The notes beneath the pieces are model-generated. The model had not been told where the DNA came from and ran no database searches. It saw only the letters and a program-made list of their open reading frames with translations. 64,000 nt of DNA, taken from contig NC_042997.1 in NCBI RefSeq assembly GCF_006345805.1, positions 95,914,001 through 95,978,000 on the forward strand, read 5' to 3'. How positions within the stretch are numbered: the stretch's first letter is position 1; each line of letters opens with the position of its first letter. The translations under genes and the position numbers were made by a program. The stretch is from Octopus sinensis. Taxonomy: Eukaryota. This document shows positions 27,790-39,857 of this stretch, one piece after another.

Positions 27790-27915
27790 TAGAAAAATAC
27801 AACATGGACAAGAACGTATAACTCATAGAAGACGATACAATAAACATGGACAGGACATTCGAACCCCTCAGTCTTCAGTCAAGAACCGGATCATCGTAGT
27901 AATTTCGGCTGATTA
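27790..27915 (-). mobile_element. Short fragment of the putative PLE-end family
   Basis: GGACAAGAACGT..GAAGACGATACAA..TCTTCAGTCAAGAACCGGATCATC..AATTTCGGCTGATTA is the reverse complement of the 16700-16820 type sequence. Confidence 0.6.
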
Positions 27916-28055
27916 TGTATATGTATATTATATTAAATTAGAGATAAAACCACTATTAGGCCAATCATACAATGAAAAACTTAAGCCAATACATAAGATT
28001 AATTAATTTATATTATTTAAATATATATCAAAATTATTAAAAAAGATAATTAATA

Positions 28056-28126
28056 TAACAATACGATCGTTTCATGGCTGTTCAATTCTTAAAATTTTCG
28101 AGTTACAGTCATTCTTCAGGTGGTTT
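28056..28126 (-). ncRNA. Hammerhead-like motif with a degraded stem I, next to a PLE-end fragment
   Basis: Minus strand AAACCAC-CTGAAGA-ATGACTGT...ACAGCCAT-GAAA-C-GATC-G-TA-TTGTT. Stem II has 7 of 8 pairs and loop III is GATC, but stem I pairs only partly. Confidence 0.6.
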
Positions 28127-28219
28127 ACATATCTTGTTGTATTATTGAAATACTACATACTCACTGAATGATAATCGAGTTAATGATCCCATCATAACGA
28201 ATTAGACAGGGGGAATAAT

Positions 28220-28251
28220 GTTTTCTTGATCGTATGAATGACAAAGTTCAA

Positions 28252-28304
<53 letters not shown>

Positions 28305-28340
28305 GAGTTGAACTTTGTCATTCATACGATAAAGAAAACA
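28220..28340. repeat. 37-bp inverted repeat around a (TA)n tract
   Basis: TGTTTTCTTGATCGTATGAATGACAAAGTTCAACTCA versus TGAGTTGAACTTTGTCATTCATACGATAAAGAAAACA (1 mismatch). Confidence 0.85.
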
Positions 28341-28359
28341 TATATATATAATATATATA

Positions 28360-28395
<36 letters not shown>

Positions 28396-28710
28396 TATGT
28401 GTATGTGTGTGTGTGAGTATCTATATATACATATATATAAATATATCTATCTATATATCTATATCTATATCTATATATATATAATTAATCAATATAGGGT
28501 GCCAAAAAAAATTTTGTAGAATTTTTTTGCCACCAGCGGCCTAGTGGGAAAAAATTAAATAGTCATATACCATTTTTAAGTTCAACATCACAATCAAGGA
28601 ACGGCCATAATAGGCCATTCACCCACTAGAAATAACAGCCAAAAGATTTAACCGCAAAATAACATCAATTCCGTAAACCAGGAGAAAATTTAAAAAACAT
28701 TTACCCTGTA

Positions 28711-28817
28711 ATTTCTTATACGATGCACCGTTTCGTCTACTGTTTAATGGTAAACTAACCTGATTAAATTAAATCAAGCCAATCTACCATAGGCCCTTAG
28801 ATTCATCAGTAAGAAAT
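28711..28817 (-). ncRNA. Hammerhead motif (492-bp unit), sense to the GPCR pre-mRNA
   Basis: Reverse complement of the 29412-29518 motif, with all core bases intact. Confidence 0.75.
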
Positions 28818-29411
28818 AGCCAAGTTGGAACAGATATTTTTCATGAGGCATTCTCGTCCCTGCCTCGGCAATATCTGACCTAAAATTTTCAAATCATCGC
28901 ACTCGCGCCAAATTTATCGGCAGCAAATAAATATAAGCCGCCGATTCCATTACGGAATTAACCAGAAAATTCATAATTAATCAATATAGGGTGGCAAAAC
29001 AAATTTTGTAGAATTTTTTTGCCACCAGCGGCCTAGTGGGAAAATATTAAATAGTCATATACCATTTTTAAGTTCAACATCACAATCAAGGAACGGCCAT
29101 AATAGGCCATTCACCCACTAGAAATAACAGCCAAAAGCTTTAACCGCAAAATAACATCAATTCCGTAAACCAGGAGAAAATTAAAAAAACATTTACCCTG
29201 TAATTTCTTATACGATGCACCGTTTCGTCTACTGTTTAATGGTAAACTAACCTGATTAAATTAAATTAAATTAAATTAAATCAATCGGCGGCTTATATTT
29301 ATTTGCTGCCGATAAATTTGGCGCGAGTGCGATGATTTGAAAATTTTAGGTCAGATATTGCCGAGGCAGGGACGAGAATGCCTCGTGAAAAATATCGGTT
29401 CCAACTTGGCT

Positions 29412-29518
29412 ATTTCTTACTGATGAATCTAAGGGCCTATGGTAGATTGGCTTGATTTAATTTAATCAGGTTAGTTTACCATTAAACAGTAGACGAAACG
29501 GTGCATCGTATAAGAAAT
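29412..29518 (+). ncRNA. Hammerhead motif with a 68-nt stem II region
   Basis: Stem I ATTTCTTA/TAAGAAAT (8 bp), CTGATGA 29420-29426, GAAA 29495-29498, stem III ACGG/TCGT with TGCA loop, GUA triplet, cleavage after A29510. Confidence 0.78.
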
Positions 29519-29905
29519 TACAGGGTAAATGTTTTTTAAATTTTCTCCTGGTTTACGGAATTGATGTTATTTTGCGGTTAAAGCTTTTGTCTGTTATTTC
29601 TAGTGGGTGAATGGCCTATTATGGCCGTTCCTTGATTGTGATGTTGAACTTAAAAATGGTATATGACTATTTAATTTTTTCCCACTAGGCCGCTGGTGGC
29701 AAAAATATTCTACAAAATTTTTTTTTTGCCACCCTATATTGATTAATTATGAATTTTCTGGTTAATTCCGTAATGGAATCGGCGGCTTATATCTATTTGC
29801 TGCCGATAAATTTGGCGCGAGTGCGATGATTTGAAAATTTTAGGTCAGATATTGCCGAGGCAGGGAGGAGAATGCCTCGTGAAAAATATCTGTTCCAACT
29901 TGGCT

Positions 29906-30012
29906 ATTTCTTACTGATGAATCTAAGGGCCTATGGTAGATTGGCTTGATTTAATTTAATCAGGTTAGTTTACCATTAAACAGTAGACGAAACGGTGCAT
30001 CGTATAAGAAAT
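29906..30012 (+). ncRNA. Hammerhead motif, second plus-strand copy
   Basis: Same sequence as 29412-29518; predicted cleavage after A30004 (494 nt spacing). Confidence 0.78.
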
Positions 30013-30139
30013 TACAGGGTAAATGTTTTTTAAATTTTCTCCTGGTTTACGGAATTGATGTTATTTTGCGGTTAAAGCTTTTGGCTGTTATTTCTAGTGG
30101 GTGAATGGCCTATTATGGCCGTTCCTTGATTGTGATATT

Positions 30140-30173
<34 letters not shown>

Positions 30174-30240
30174 ATATATATATATATATAATATATATAT
30201 ATATTATATATATATATATGTATATATGTATAATTATATA

Positions 30241-30293
<53 letters not shown>

Positions 30294-30727
30294 GTGTGTG
30301 TGTGTGTGTGTGTGTGTATGTATATGTATATATATGTGTGTGTGAATGTATGTGTATGTATATGTATATATGTGTGTATGAATGTGTGTGTGCCTATATT
30401 TGTACACCACCATCGTTTGACAACCGATGCTGCTGTGTCTACGTCTCCCTAAGTCAGCCTTTTGTAAAAACACGCCGATATGATAAGTGCTAGGCTTACA
30501 AAAATAAATCATATATATATATAACAAAGTGGAGTTGTAGGGTACCGCACGAGTGGAATTATATACGAAAGAAGGTTTCAAAATTGCTTCATTACATTAG
30601 CAATTTGTAACAACCAATAATTAATGCAACCAAACTGCTACACGTTACTTTTAACAATCTTTTTCCAAAGAGTGAAACCGGTAAAGTAAATAAACATCTT
30701 TTAAATTGCATTTTCAAACCTTCTTTC

Positions 30728-30786
<59 letters not shown>

Positions 30787-31899
30787 TACATCTCTTTCCC
30801 TATATATCCCCCACAGATACACACATACACGCACATACACGCACATACACACATACGTATATGACTGACTTATTTCAGTTTCTGTTCAGCAAATCCATTT
30901 GTAAGGCTTGAATATTTGCTTTTTTAATTCCTTCATACTATGCTTATTATAACGTGGGCTGTGAATATCTAAGTTGATTTGTAGTAGAACAGTGGTTGGA
31001 GGTGCTATAGGCTTGGTTGGTCGATTGCTTGATCTGTAAAACTGTTGACTTGATTAGTCTGATATTTGAGACCTTTATAACTTCCCGCTTTTAATGTTAC
31101 ATTCTTTATGTTGTGATTCTACTCATTAGGTTTTATTATATATGAAGGGAATAAGTATTAATAATTTAACAAAAGTAGCGTTCGGTAAATACTTATTAAT
31201 AATTAAACAGATTTGTGCGTATGAATGACTGATAAATAGCGAAGATGAGGATATCGTAAATTCCACAAGTGTTAATCAATAGTTTTTAACGAGCTTAAAA
31301 GTGCATCTCTAAGTTGCCGTTTAATTTGCTTAAGACAGCATATCAAACCTCTCAATTTGCACACTGTCGTCTTTATAACAGAAAAATAAGGAAAACACTA
31401 CTTGATAATGTAGTTGAAGATGTAATATGGTGAATAAAAGGAAGATATTGTCACGGATTGAACACGTTTGATCATATGTCTGTTGAATGAGTGGGTATCT
31501 TCTGTCAATCAATGTATCAGTCGAACGCTTTTATGTCCGAAATGATCAAATGTTTTTTGATAATTACATCTACCGAAGTGTATATTCGTGCTATGAAGTT
31601 AGGCAAACAACAAACGATTGTGATTGCTAGCGGGCATACCAGATTGTTGTATGTCTTCGTTTTCTCATTTACTTATACATTCTTGTTACTATTGCACTAG
31701 AAATTTTGAAACTTCAAACAAAAGTGTAATGTCATTAGGCATAATTTTCATATTGATCTATAAGTATTATTAACTTAAAAATGCAGAACGCAAAACTGTG
31801 CATTATACGTGTGTGTGTGTGTGTGTGTGTCTGTCTGTCTGTCTGTATGTCCGTGTATTTGTGTTTTTGTGTGTTTGTTTGCATTTATGTACATATTCA

Positions 31900-32284
31900 T
31901 CTCTCTCTATATAAACGGCAGTTTGTCTGTGCGTGTTTCTGTGTGTCTGTTTGCTTGTACCCTCACCCTGACCACGGCTTTCAACCGATTCTGATGAAAC
32001 TTGACACACACATAGCCCAATGTCATAATTCAAAACTAACGCAGCGAAAATTTTGAAAAGTTCCCCCAGTTCTGAAAAAGAACGATAAATTCGACATGGG
32101 GTCGAGAATCAGGAATACGAACCACAAACTGTCTAAGGGACGCAACTCCACCTTTTTTAAATCTCAAAAAAAAATTTACCATCATTTTTTTCCATTTTTT
32201 TGCTATTTTTTGGCTATAACTCTCTAAAAATGCTATATAGTTATTTCCCTTACAAACCTGAGCAACGCCGGGCGATACTGCTAG
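31900..32284 (+). mobile_element. Non-autonomous Helitron
   Basis: A|TC...TATATAAA 5' end, GCAACGCCGGG hairpin remnant and CTAG|T 3' end; inserted between A and T. Confidence 0.85.
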
Positions 32285-32395
32285 TATAGATATATAGACA
32301 GATAGACAAACAGACAGACAGACAGGCAGACAGACATACATACAGACAGACAGGCAGACAGATAGACAGAGAGATAGATAGATAGATAGATAGAT

Positions 32396-32445
<50 letters not shown>

Positions 32446-33158
32446 TGATAGATATATTGAGAGATACATGCATACATGCATGCACACATATATTTTCATC
32501 TGTATAGCTAAATGTATACATACACAGGCACGTGCATCCCCTTATGAAATCCATGATAGTTGGCACGCGATATGTATTCCACATTTGTATGAAGTTCTTA
32601 CTCATTTGTAATATTAACCATGAATAAAAGTCATACCAACCACTAACTGTTGAGTCCTGACCTCTTGGTAACTACATATTGCGCTCAAATAGACATGTGG
32701 GTTACTGGCTGGGTTCATATACATCTAACGTGTTACAAGATCAAATATGCTTGAGGTATATTCAAACCCGTAAGAAAGCATACACTATATTTGAACTGGT
32801 AACAAGTTTACATTGATACATTTCAACTGCTTATCGCTGTCACCCCGTCTTTTATTCACGTTGAGCTGCTGAAAAACGCAACCAGTCCTTGAACGGGGAC
32901 AAAAATATCACAAAAGTGACCCGCTCCTCGTGACAGTTATCAACGTCGAGTCTCTGTTGCTGAAGAGATCACAATTCTGAAAAGCATGCATCCAACAGTC
33001 TGGTAAGGAGCGCTGTGAAACGGCTCGGTGTGTTTACACCTATGTGTTTACAGCGAGAAACTTTATCAATTACTTAGAAATGGTACATTGTGACTGCACG
33101 AAAAATATTGTCTTTATGAAGCAATGAGGAACAAATTAGAGTACAATCATATCTGATA

Positions 33159-33575
33159 CGGGGGAAAATGCCACAGTAAAAATGGTTGAACAACGAATCA
33201 AAAGAGTCTGTCGGGGAAACAAAATGACATCTGTACAGGCCTCCATAAGAACGAACAATTGGTTCAGTTACCCTAGTAACACAGTGTACAGATTCATAAC
33301 GATAAAATTTATGGATACATTTTGCTAGTAGACTGAATATAAATTTGAAATTTCCTACGTCTATTGCAATTTGGGAAAAAAGTTAAACATGGACTCCACT
33401 TTTTCCTGTGACATTTTGAGGCACTTTTACCTGGGACATTTTGATGCACTTTTACCTATGACATTTTTCTGTAGAATTTTTGTCCTATGGTAATTTTAGC
33501 TTGGCAATTTTAATGTGGCAGTTTTAGTGTGGCATTGTTTCTTATCGCGCTTTTTTCTGTTGCATTTCTCCCCTG
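33159..33575. mobile_element. MITE-like element with ~25-bp imperfect TIRs and a 13-15-bp periodic subterminal array
   Basis: CGGGGGAAAATGCCACAGTAAAAA versus the reverse complement of the right end CAGGGGAGAAATGCAACAGAAAAAA; repeated (T/G)G(A/C)CA(C/A)TTTT motifs at 33405-33575. Confidence 0.5.
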
Positions 33576-34519
33576 ATTTGGAGCATCTGTGGTGCTCACT
33601 GTGAGTAATATCAATTCGGCTGAGAGTAAGGACAGACTGACTTGTATAAACCTCAGACTTTACCTATTAGCACTTTTGTGGAATCGCTTAGCCTAACAAT
33701 TTATATTTAATTCAGACTATCGGAAAAAAATGAACGTGGCTTTTCATGGGCTGAGTTCACTTCACTTATGCTTTTAGAAAATCAGGAGTATATCTTAAAT
33801 ACGATCCAATTTTTTCTTGCCAATTGATATGAGGCGCCGTTATTGTGTCACGTGATGTTCACTACTGACGTCAATGTTTGAATGGCATTCATATATTTCA
33901 CGATTTAATAACTATTTCGTGGTTTTCATCGTTTGGTAACATGCGTACGCTTCATCGCATTATTTGTAATTTATTGATACGAGATATTCAGTCATGTTTC
34001 TCTCGCATCTAAATAGGATTACTATATTCTACTGCGAAATATCTTTGATGGAATATGGACACGTAACTAACTGCTAATCAGAAAGTAAGTGACCGATATA
34101 TATTTCCCTAGATAAGAATGTAAATAGTCTACTGAATATCGGTTAATTTTGTTTCTATTAAGGAAAATAGACACAAGTATTTATAAATGACAATAATATT
34201 TGATAATTTTCATTTTCTTTAAAGTATTTAGCCAGGGCCGTTTTAGTTGTAATTTAGGCTCCTGCGCAACAACATTCAATAGGACTTCATAGTGTGTACT
34301 AACTACCAGCGAGCCACAGAATACATCGATAGTTTGAGGGTTCTGTAAATTCCAATTATAACATTAAAACTATCAGATATCTTTCAGGCGGATTTTGTTG
34401 CTACTAGCAGAATCAATATATACCAATTCCAAATAAGACTATTCCTCTGCCAGCATACTGTTTGCACATCAATGTTTCAGCTTCGACAGCGATGTATTCT
34501 TAACCTACGATGCATATAG

Positions 34520-34837
34520 GAGCACTCCGTTGATTACGACGACGAGGGTCTCAGCTGATATGATCAACGTAACAGCTTGCACTTGAACGTACAAGTGGCT
34601 GAGCACTCCACAGATATGTGTACCTTTAACCTAGTTCTCAGGGAAATTCAGCGTGACACAGAGTATGACAAGGCTGGCCCTTTGAAATACAGGTACTACT
34701 CATTTTTGCCCAGATGAGTGAACTGGAGCAACGTGAAATAAAGTGTCTTGCTCAAGGAAACAATCCGTCGTCGGGAATTGAACTCCCGACTTACGATTGT
34801 GAGTCTAATACCCTAACCACTAAGCCACGCGCCTTCA
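34520..34837 (-). mobile_element. Family C SINE head and centre with a different 3' tail
   Basis: Same head and central segment as 3082-3421 but an unrelated tail. Confidence 0.8.
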
Positions 34838-36124
34838 TGGATGCATATAACACAAAGAGAATCTTTATTATATATGCATTGTAAATACTTATGCATGCAA
34901 CAATACAAATCTTTAATAATTTTCTGAAATATTCTGTTTGACTGTAAGAGACTACAAGTTTTTTTCTGAATATAAAGGCGCAAATTTGTAGATTTGTTGC
35001 ATTGTTGGATAGAATGTTTCTCTGTGTTTTCACAATGTTTTCACCCTAACTTTAAACTGCTGTGCAATAACACCTTTCGCCTTCCCAAACACAAGTTGCT
35101 GACATCACCCAAGGCTTAACCAAATAGATTTTTTTCTGGTGAAAACTGGGCCTCCAGGATAAAAACAAATAAACATTGATCTAATTGAGACCAGTGGTGT
35201 CTTAAGGGAAACAACAAATCGGAACACTGTACGACCGATATATTGTATTTAATATATAATCAATAAAAAAATTTCTTGCTATTCTGACACATAAAGCAGC
35301 CATATTGTTATTTGAGTAAAAATAGTTCGCTTACGGCATTTTAGAAACGCTAGGTTCTTATCAGTTATCAACTCTTATATTATTCATCACAATATGTTCT
35401 AGTACACCATGTTAATTGACTCGAGTATATTCATATTTTCACGTAGTCAATTTTATGCAGGTCAGTGAGTTGGAATACAGTTTACAGAGAATTTTAAATC
35501 ATATATATCACTAAATAATTGCACCTAAAATATTTATTCTATATTCTATATGCAACATTTCTTGTTTATGTCTATTTGAGACATCCACAGCTATAAAGAA
35601 ATGTGAAAGCTAAATGTGATGAGAAATCTCTCCCCTCGCCTCATCTACTTTTCTCTTACCTGCTCTCTTGTGTGTCTATTGCAGTCTGCATGTATATGTA
35701 GATGGATGGCTGACTGGCTGGCTGACTGCCTGGTTGGATGGATGCTTTAATGGACAAGTGGACGGTAAATTGGCATACAGCGTCGGAAAAATGCTTTTGT
35801 ATTTATTTCGGTTATCACATTGCCATAAAAACAATCCGTATAAATTAAACTATTTAGTTGATTGCATTCCACCAGCTATTGTATTTCTTCTTTACATGGC
35901 TAGAAATAATTTCGAACAATATTTTATTCTAAATTTCGATTTTCGCTCACTCAAGCGTCAAATGCGTATTTCTAAAGAAATAGACCTTATTAACAAAAGT
36001 GAAAAAAACTCTACGAGGTTAAAATACACATTGAATAAGAAGTATTTGTAAAAACGAACTTATTTAGACATCGATCAAAAGATATTAATGGCAGAGAAAA
36101 ATGTTTAGGAATGTATGTATGAGG

Positions 36125-36179
<55 letters not shown>

Positions 36180-36386
36180 CGAATCACTGGCGCAAAGCAG
36201 TGTTTAATTATAGGCAGAATTTAGAAAACTATCCTCCATGTTTGTTTTCGTTCGGTTTTCTGTATGTCTGCACTGTCATTTTTTTGTTCGCAACATTAAC
36301 TGTCCATAAATCCTAAATATTATTTTAGAATTTATGGGAGGAACTGTCTTTGAAGATTCATATATATATATCTATTTATATATATA

Positions 36387-36429
<43 letters not shown>

Positions 36430-36438
<9 letters not shown>

Positions 36439-36600
36439 TTTGCAATTAGGACAACTACTTAATAAGAAAAACTTAACAAGAAATTGTCAGGTAGATACGT
36501 AGCAATAAAAACCTCATAAGAGAAAAAATTTCGAAAATAATTATTATTATATGCTGATGATTACGTAAGTATGAAATCACTGTGATACAGGCCTATATTT
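36430..36600 (+). mobile_element. Probable PLE 3' end with a degenerate hammerhead
   Basis: CTGATGA (36554-36560), T-TAC-GTAA-GTA-T, GAAA (36573-36576), stem III ATCA/TGAT, AUA triplet; stem I has only 2 bp. The upstream sequence loosely resembles the LLNK...C end of PLE ORFs. Confidence 0.45.
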
Positions 36601-36722
36601 TAAATGTCTTACTTTGAAAAATTGCATTCGGTGGGATTAGTATATATTTGGGTAAAATGACTGATTGTCCCCCTAGCGTTTGGCATGTATATATAATGCC
36701 TTCTGGCATGTATGTATTTATG

Positions 36723-36768
<46 letters not shown>

Positions 36769-36791
36769 TAATGACTCACAATCACTGATCA

Positions 36792-37322
36792 AATAAAATA
36801 GAAACATTGATGTTCCTAAATATTTCAAGGAGAGATATTCATAGCAGCACTTTAAATTCACGAGTGTTTTCCAACCTAATGTGGTAGTCCCCTTTTGGGA
36901 CGAATGCGAATGTTGTTTAGTCCCCGGAGACATCGTCAACAACTGGCTTTACGACACGCGATCTGTATCCTTATATTTTCGAACAGGGGAGGTTGGCACC
37001 CCCACCCAGCAAAAGGCAGTGTCTGTCGACCGTACTGTTTCGGGGTTATTTTTCGGTTGCGATGGTACTGCTAAACACATGTTCGAAAACATATACTCAA
37101 CCAATAAAATAGAAACAGTGTTGTTCCTAAATCTCTCAACAAGAGATATTCAGTAGCAGTACATTAACGTGATCGGTTTCTGCCAACCTAATGTGACAGT
37201 TCCATTTTGGGGCAAATGCTAGTGTTGTTTAGCCCCGGTAGACATCATCTCCTGCTGGCTACACGACACACGATCTGTGTCCTCATATTTCTGAACAGAG
37301 GAGGTTAGCATCGCCACCCAGT

Positions 37323-37323
<1 letters not shown>
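36792..37323 (-). repeat. Old ~311-bp tandem duplication related to the 353-nt retrozyme-like unit
   Basis: 36792-37010 and 37103-37323 align by eye. The minus strand resembles the 353-nt unit (GGACACAGAT..TAGCCAGC..GGGGCTA..TAGCAT..GCTACTG..GAGATTT), and a GAAAC...GTC remnant lies between the copies. Confidence 0.6.
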
Positions 37324-37396
<73 letters not shown>

Positions 37397-37619
37397 ATTC
37401 TTCCGTTATGGTGAGATTAAAAAAAAAATGGTACTCCATAAATATTATTTGATTAACACAGTATATATTTTATGAGCTACTAATTGTTCCAAGCAATGAA
37501 AACATCTCATACAACATCTTTAAACAAGTCTGATGCTTTTACGCAATCCTCCCGCAGTTTATATGTATGATGATTCCAATGTTTATATACATACACACAC
37601 ACGCACGCACGCACACGCA

Positions 37620-37676
<57 letters not shown>

Positions 37677-38458
37677 CATTAGTATTATACTGCAGAAACT
37701 TAAAATGTACACATTCACCCCGATTCATACTCCTTCCTTGTTAAAATATTTTCATATTTGTAGCTCTTCTCTCTCTCTTTCTCCCTGTCTCTTTCTCTCT
37801 CCCCTTCTCTCTCTCTCTCACTCTCTTTTTCTCTACCTCTCTCTCTTTCCCCTCACACTCATACATTTTATACTATTACAAGAAGATTGGCAACAGTAAT
37901 TTTGAAGTTACGGCCTGCTACTCTAATCATTGAAATTACTGTCATCATACTTCCTACGACAGAATAATACATATATACTATGCAAAAAGTATTGAATAAT
38001 CCGACAGTTTAATTCAAAATTGATTTTAATTTGGTATAAATATAAACATTAATTTATATATGTATCTTTGTGTACGTATGCATGTGTACGTTGCGTATGT
38101 ATTTGTATGTGTGTGTATGTGTGTGCATGAATGATTGTAGGCAAATAAGCGAGTAAGTATTGAAGTCTATATGTTGCAGATATATTGTATGAATGCCAAA
38201 GATATCTGAAAAACAGCATATGTTTTGTGGTAAAATACATGCATATACATACATAGGAACACATACGCACGCCTGCACTCGTACACACACACCTGCAATC
38301 ACACACACACAAATACGCACACATGCACACACATACACACATATACACACACGCTCATACACACACAGAGCATATTTATGCGAGCAGAAATCAAGAAATA
38401 TTTTACCGTAATGTATGAGAACGTTTGTATGGTAAAGGGGAAACTATTTATGTAATAC

Positions 38459-38594
38459 CTGAGATGACTGAAGGACTGCATTTGCGATGTGGTAGACTGA
38501 TTTCCACGTGCCCTCAATACCTGGTTCAGCGAAAAATAACAGATTTGTAATTCCTAGCAGAGGAAATAATACGATAGTTGCCCGAATGGCTTTC
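38459..38594 (-). CDS. Class B1 GPCR exon: TM6, ECL3, start of TM7
   Basis: Polypyrimidine tract then cag|G...TCTCAG|gtatta, 136 nt, translates (R)KAIRATIVLFPLLGITNLLFFAEPGIEGTWKSVYHIANAVLQSSQ. Resembles CRF-receptor KAVKATLVLLPLLGIT and insect PDF-receptor KAVRAAIVLLPLLGITN (recalled motifs). Confidence 0.95.
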
Positions 38595-38859
38595 CTGCAT
38601 AAAAGAGAAAACAAATATTAGCAAAATAGCAATTTCAAAGAGGACAACAACAATATCAAAATATTCAATGATAAACGATTCTAATATAAGCTTAAGTGAT
38701 AATATTTTAGGGTAAAGTGTTAAAGAAATATTCGATTATATGGAATCTAGTAAATGATTGGCGCGTATTTCATTAAAATTTGTCGGTTTAACTAAAACTT
38801 CCCATGTGTTTTCACCTAAAAAGTATGTAAACAAAGACTAAGTTGATACATAGCTGTTA

Positions 38860-39115
38860 CCAACTACTCTTAATAATTCTTTCTGCTAGGCGGAGTTCTC
38901 ATCAGTGGCTACGCCAAAACATTACTACATAATTTAGAGGCAGAATAGCACGTGTCTCATCATTATATATATGTTGTTTAGCTCCGGTAGACATCATCTC
39001 CTGCTGGCTACAAATTCACTTCGCAAGCACGGTTTCAGTCGGCAGCAAATGAAAATATGTTTTGGCGTAGCAAATTATTTTATTTGCTAATTAGTTTGAA
39101 ACATAGATAACGATT
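38860..39115. mobile_element. Partial second copy of the 40.7-kb foldback family
   Basis: Shares GCTAGGCGGAGTTCTCATCAGTGGCTACGCCAAAACATT, CAAATTCACTTCGCAAGCACG and TAGCAAATTATTTTATTTGCTAATTAG with 40860-41035, and contains a ~45-bp piece related to the 353-nt repeat family. Confidence 0.75.
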
Positions 39116-39387
39116 CTACTAACTCGCTGCCTTAACCACTCTCAATAATAATTATGATAATATCCTACAATGCTTAATTTTTGGACTTCAAAGTAGAGAG
39201 ATCAATTTCAGAAATGCTCTTCTAGCAGGTTTTCGAATTAGTAACTGATCTCAGCACATGTTTTAGTCTAGTATGTATTCAATCCTTTGCATTTTTGCCG
39301 AATTGGTAGTTATGCTGACGCAATCCAACCAGCGCGGGATGTCAGTGTAGAGAGACAAAACAAAAATCCCAAGACAGACAGACACAG

Positions 39388-39418
<31 letters not shown>

Positions 39419-39857
39419 TACATATTATATTATATATATATATATATATACACGCGTAAACATATACATGCATATATAGAGAGAGAGACATACACGCACA
39501 CGCATAAGTTTATGTGTGTGTGTGCGCGCGCGCTTGTGTAATGTGGGCATCCCCTTTATTATTGTCCAAAACACCCCTTCAATCCCATTGGTACATCCAG
39601 ATCTATAGCAGAAGACGTGTTCCGTCGTGCGATATAAATGAGGCAGAAAAACTCAGAAGAAACCACACGCTTAAGTGACTAAAATATGAACCACACTTCC
39701 ATGCCAACGACAAATATTTTTCCGTACTTGTTATCAGCAACTTCCACTACATCAAACATTTGAAAGCCAGACGCCACCAATTAAACAGCAGCAAGCATAC
39801 ATTAAATGCGTTACTATTAATATGCAACAAATTTTAATATCATCATATCAAACTAAC

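Larger units (their letters stand above)
28481..30136. repeat. Tandem plus inverted array of a 492-494-bp hammerhead-containing unit
   Basis: ATAATTAATCAATATAGGG at 28481 and 28973 (period 492). Orientation flips at 29283-29284 (AA microhomology after a (TTAAA)n expansion). The reverse block has period 494 and ends at 30136. Flanked by (TA)n-rich tracts on both sides. Confidence 0.95.
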
